Below are positions 33,529 through 38,703 of a DNA stretch of 38,703 nucleotides, one piece after another (position 1 is the first letter of the stretch; every line of letters starts with the position of its first letter). Source of the stretch: Chlorokybus atmophyticus (Eukaryota; Plantae; Mesostigma and Chlorokybus algae); NCBI GenBank assembly GCA_009103225.1, contig RHPI01001946.1:278420-317122 (forward strand), read 5' to 3'. Below the pieces are notes generated by a model. That model saw only the letters and a program-made list of their open reading frames with translations, searched no databases and had not been told where the DNA came from. A program made the position numbers and the translations under genes.

Positions 33529-34154
33529 GATGCTAGCTCGCACGTGCACCTACTGGAAAACCCCTAATGCAGGGCAATCTGTCTGGCTCACGAATCAAGT
33601 AGGGCCTAGCACGCAGCCTGCCTCGGTAGATGTGTTTGGCCTGGTCTTGCTTGCTTGAGTGCTTCTCAACACAATGCACCAGACTTACTTGGCTTGTTGT
33701 GGTGCCAAAAGCTCAAAACGCCAAAGCTCCCGAAACGCGTGCTAGGCGTGTAGCTGTGACAGTTGTCCTGACACACAACACACCACCTGACAAGCTGTCA
33801 GCTAACACATCAGTAAGCGCACAACTACACTGCTGATCCTCCTTTCAAGCTCTTGTCGTGACCTGCACGAGGTCAGCACACGAGTCGCAACTTGCGACCA
33901 GACCATTTCCTCAGGTGACAACCACAATTCAACACATCAGAGCTGTCAGGGAGTGAACCTCCCCGTAGTTCAACGGGGGTGAGAGAACCAAGTCACGCGA
34001 AGTGAACACACAGTAAACATACAAGCGCATAATGGGAGCACAAATGCTTACTGTCAGCTCTAAGCAGCAAAGGCACACAACAGCCAACCGTACGCAGGGG
34101 CATATGAGGGTACAACATATCAATGTCAGGCAATCAACACGTGTTAGCTATCTT

Positions 34155-35432
<1,278 letters not shown>

Positions 35433-35619
35433 GCTCCCCTTTCACGTCCACGTCCACGCCGCTGCCGCCGCCGCCTCTGTCACCGTATGCTCCGCCGCCG
35501 CCGCCGCCACAGCACAGACAACGTGGCAAGCTGACGTGTGACACTTTTCCTCAGAGTGCTGATCTCGAATAAGATAAATTTCAGCATGCGGCGACTTTTT
35601 TCAGATCCGAGCGGAGTTT

Positions 35620-35740
35620 TCAGCCCCTAAATCGATGCATGCGGTAAGCCTGCCAAGGGTGTGTGAGGCAAAAAGCGATGGACCTCTCTGACACCTAAAC
35701 CTAAACCCAAAGCTAACCCTTACCTAAGCAAGCCCTAAAC
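35620..35740. promoter_or_regulatory. Degenerate telo-box-like motifs in the ~330-bp bidirectional WCRKC/GRXS16 promoter
   Basis: CCCCTAAAT, CCTAAACCTAAACCC (35694-35708), CTAACCCT and AGCCCTAAAC (35731-35740). Confidence 0.5.
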
Positions 35741-35765
35741 GTGATCTGCGGCGACGTTGGCAAGC

Positions 35766-37339
35766 ATGGTGGCGATGGCGGCGGCGGCGGCGGCGGCGGC
35801 ATTCTCGGTGTCGGTGTGCTCCACTTCGGCTGCAGCGTCGTCCAATCTTGCGACCAGGGCTAGCTCAAAGCGGCAAGGCAGGCCCGGCCGCGGAGCAGCC
35901 TTCCCTGCATTGCCAGCAGCGAGGGTAGGCGGCGGTGCTGTGGGCGGGAGTGTGAGTGTCAAGGGTGGGAGTAGCAGGGGCGGGCTGACGCGTAGGGCTC
36001 AGGCTGTTGTGGATCAGGGAGGTGTTGAAGAGCCTGCCGCCTCTGTTCCGAGGCTGTCTGAGGCCCCGAGCGTGCCCGCGAAGGCGGCGGAGATCCCCGC
36101 GGCCCCCGGCGTCTACGCCGTGTACGACCAAGCCGGAACGCTGCAGTATGTTGGACTGTCACGAAAAATCCAGGCCAGCGTTCAGGCAAGCGCGAGCAAA
36201 GAAACTCGCACTAGACATACTCCGTGCTTGCAGCGACTTGTTTGACGCTTCATCTCTCGACGATGTTGGTGTTGTGCTGCGTGTGGACAAAGAGACTGTG
36301 ACAACAGTAGTGTTTCAGGTAGTTGGTTCAATGCATGTTGCAGTCGCAAGCATATGTCCGATCGCAATGGTTGGTGGGCATGGTGTTGGATGGGTTGGTC
36401 GCAGTAAGTAAGTATGTCCTTACAGTGAACAAGGTGGATAGTCCTCGGTTGCTGCATGTGGCAATGGCGGCATTGAAGTGCATATTTTTGCTATTTGTGT
36501 ACCTCATGCCTTGTTGACTGTGTAGTATACCTTGCCGCATTTTGAAGTTGTTGATCAGTAGATAACAATAGCGGTGTTGTGCTGAGGATGCGTGATTGTA
36601 GGCACATGTAGAGGACCTCCCTGAGCTCACGGACACCATACGCTTTGCCACTGTCGGAGCCAGCGCCACGCGAGCCGACTTGCAAGGCGCCTGGCAGGCA
36701 TGGGTGCAGGAGCATTGTAAGCAGAAGCACAGCTGCAGCAAAGATGAATGTCATAAACAACAAGGCTGAACATAACATGGCGCTCTTTGTGTGGGCTTCC
36801 AGTGACAGAGACGGGAACAGTGCCTCCAGGCAACGCTGGCGGCAATACAACATGGACGCAGAGGCGAGCGCGCATGTCGAGGCCGGAAATTCGCATCCTG
36901 CCCGGCAGCCATGTCAGCTTGACTGTTCCGGTTGAGACCATCATCGACAAGATGGTGAAGGAGGTCAAGGTGCTTGCGTTCATTAAAGGCACACGAACGG
37001 CTCCCCAGTGCGGGTTCTCCCACCGTGTGATGCAGATCCTCACTGAGTCCAAGGTTGACTTTGACACGGTACGGCTCCTTTGCTATGCTTTGTTATGCCG
37101 CTTAGTTGTCCACGTAGACAGCTATTGTTGTGATGGCCCGTTGATGGTGTGTGTGTGTCCAGATCAATGTTTTGGATGAAGAGCACAACCCGGGCCTGCG
37201 CGAGGCCATCAAAACGTATTCCAAGTGGCCCACGATACCTCAGCTCTATGCGCATGGCGAGTTCATTGGTGGTGCTGACATTGTTGAAGAGATGTACCAG
37301 AGTGGAGAGCTCAAACAGGCGTTGTCAAAGCAGGGCTGA
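35766..37339 (+). CDS. GRXS16: Plastid monothiol glutaredoxin GRXS16 (N-terminal GIY-YIG-like domain + CGFS Grx), ~325 aa
   Basis: Exons 35766-36185, 36602-36716, 36803-37068, 37163-37339; first intron is GC-AG. Motifs GVYAVYD...LQYVGLSR, VPPGN, AFIKGTRTAPQCGFS, WPTIPQLY..GEFIGGADI. Confidence 0.93.
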
Positions 37340-38007
37340 GGTCTTGACGTACTGCTCGCAACAGCATGTGACCGCGACCATCCTCATGGTGTAAATCAAT
37401 GGTTGCACGACAATGCAGCGCATTCATCATGTCTTTCATACCACCCGTTGTGTCGCACAACTTGTGCATCGCAACGTTGTCATGGAAGGGTTATGGCTAT
37501 CATTGGTTCCTAAAGAGTGAGTGAGGATTGTCAATTGATCATGCTGATATATCCTGGTGTAACATCGTCGTGTGCGTTATTGCTTGCTACTGTTGACAAG
37601 CACCACGCAAGGAGTGCACACTGATGGCGGCCAGGCGCAGCACGTGTCACACTCATCTGTGATGGCAACTAGTACCATCTTCGCAATTGCAAGGTGTCAG
37701 AAACATGTGCTGTTAAAAACCACCTACTGTTAACCGTGTACAAACAGCGCCAGTAACAACATAGACACGTGCTTCACATGCACAGTATGAACCCAGCATA
37801 AGCTCACACGCTCATGAGCTAACTCCTGGATAGGTTGCCTGGCATTGGACTCTAAGGTTATATGCATGCCCGCCCTCACGGTTTGTGGGTGACTTGTGAT
37901 TGCCTTTGCTGCGGAAACCCAAGCAGTACAGTACCTCTGCCACTCCTGTTCCCGTCATGTGTGTTGTTGTGTTGCATCCACATCTGTTCTTCTGAGCTTC
38001 GGCACAT

Positions 38008-38518
38008 TCTCCCTGACAGATCCGATGTGTTGGAGATGTGGCTGTCACTTGATGTCACCTGAGGCAATGGTCTGGTCGCACGTTGCGACTTTGCAACGGC
38101 GCTATCGTGTGCTGATTTCGTGCAGGTCACGACAAGCGCTTGACAGAAGCATCAGCAGTATGGTTGATGTGTGGATTGACTGCTTGTCAAATGGTGATGC
38201 ACACATTGTTGCAGCTTTGGCGTTTGGAGCTTTTGGCACCGCAACAAGTCGAGTAAGTCTGGCGTACTTCTTGAGAGCACTCAAACAAGCAAGATCAGGC
38301 CATGCAATCCTGCCCCAGCAGGCTGACTGGTAGGACCTATTGAGGTTGTGGGCAGACAGGTTGCCCACACTCTCAAGAGGATGCACGTGCAAGCGAGCAT
38401 TACGATGATGCATTCATCCACCACAGCCCCCGCCACTGCGGTCTTATCCTTGCTGCTGCTGCTCAGCGCTGCCTCTGTCAATGCTGAGCCAACCTTCAGC
38501 ACCCGCCGCATCCTGGGG
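38008..38518 (+). repeat. Diverged inverted duplicate of 33412-33955 (upstream region plus exon 1)
   Basis: Shared blocks read by eye: ctccctgacag, gtcacctgagg.aatggtctggtcgca, tcgtgcaggtcacgacaag, gcttt(t)ggcacc.caacaag, agtaagtctgg, gcactcaa.caagcaaga.caggcc, gcacgtgc. Confidence 0.85.
38405..38518 (+). CDS. Gene G: first coding exon of a gene F paralogue (3' partial)
   Basis: MMHSSTTAPATAVLSLLLLLSAASVNAEPTFSTRRILG then a GTAAGC donor. It aligns with gene F exon 1, with the same phase-0 intron after the RRIL motif. Confidence 0.8.
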
Positions 38519-38523
38519 GTAAG

Positions 38524-38703
38524 CCTCTCTCTCTCTCTCTCGCTCTCTCTCGCTCTCTCTCGCTCTCTCTCTCTCTCGCTCTCGCTCTCGCTCTCGCTCG
38601 CTCGGTCTCGCTCGCGCTCGCTCTCGCTCGCGCGCTCCCTCCCTCTCCCTCTCTCTCCCTCTCCCTCCCTCCCTCCCTCCCTCCCTCCCTCTCTCTCTCT
38701 CTC
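38524..38703. repeat. (CT)n/(CTCG)n/(CCCT)n microsatellite, intronic in gene G, at window end
   Basis: Almost pure pyrimidine low-complexity run to the last base. Confidence 0.9.

Noticed and set aside
35960-36185. GIY-YIG motif as a homing endonuclease or mobile element
   Set aside because: It is the known N-terminal domain of GRXS16, spliced in frame to the CGFS glutaredoxin.

Overview
Intron-rich eukaryotic nuclear DNA. A TIFY-CCT-GATA factor, a WCRKC thioredoxin, GRXS16 and TTTAGGG-type telo-boxes, together with thrombospondin repeats, suggest a streptophyte green alga (inference). Both ends are low-complexity (poly-G, CT microsatellite), so this is probably a whole contig. I assembled gene models by hand from splice sites and checked intron phases. 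There are four recognisable genes: MIC60 (9848-13541 +), a ZML-type GATA factor (25977-27770 +), a WCRKC thioredoxin (34155-35432 -) and GRXS16 (35766-37339 +). Five are unrecognised: gene A, a >1860-aa type II membrane Pro/Cys-rich protein (3' partial); gene C, a ~2775-aa type I receptor-like protein (8 unnamed beta-rich domains, 5 'TPGYW' domains, 4 TSP1, EGFs, TM); gene E (~199 aa); and genes F and G, an inverted pair of secreted paralogues bracketing the two redox genes. The strongest cross-gene signal is six R-x-[LI]-L motifs (mostly RR[LI]L; RALF/PME-type site-1-protease-like sites) in all four secreted or surface proteins, suggesting a proteolytically matured cell-surface/ECM system. 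Also notable are a ~90-nt miRNA-like fold-back directly after gene E's stop, a 128-bp exact duplicate inside a poly-Pro exon beside the only N (probably an assembly artefact), a GC-AG intron and an 18-nt micro-exon. No tRNA, rRNA, CRISPR or recognisable transposon was found. Coordinates were read manually and may be a few bases off.
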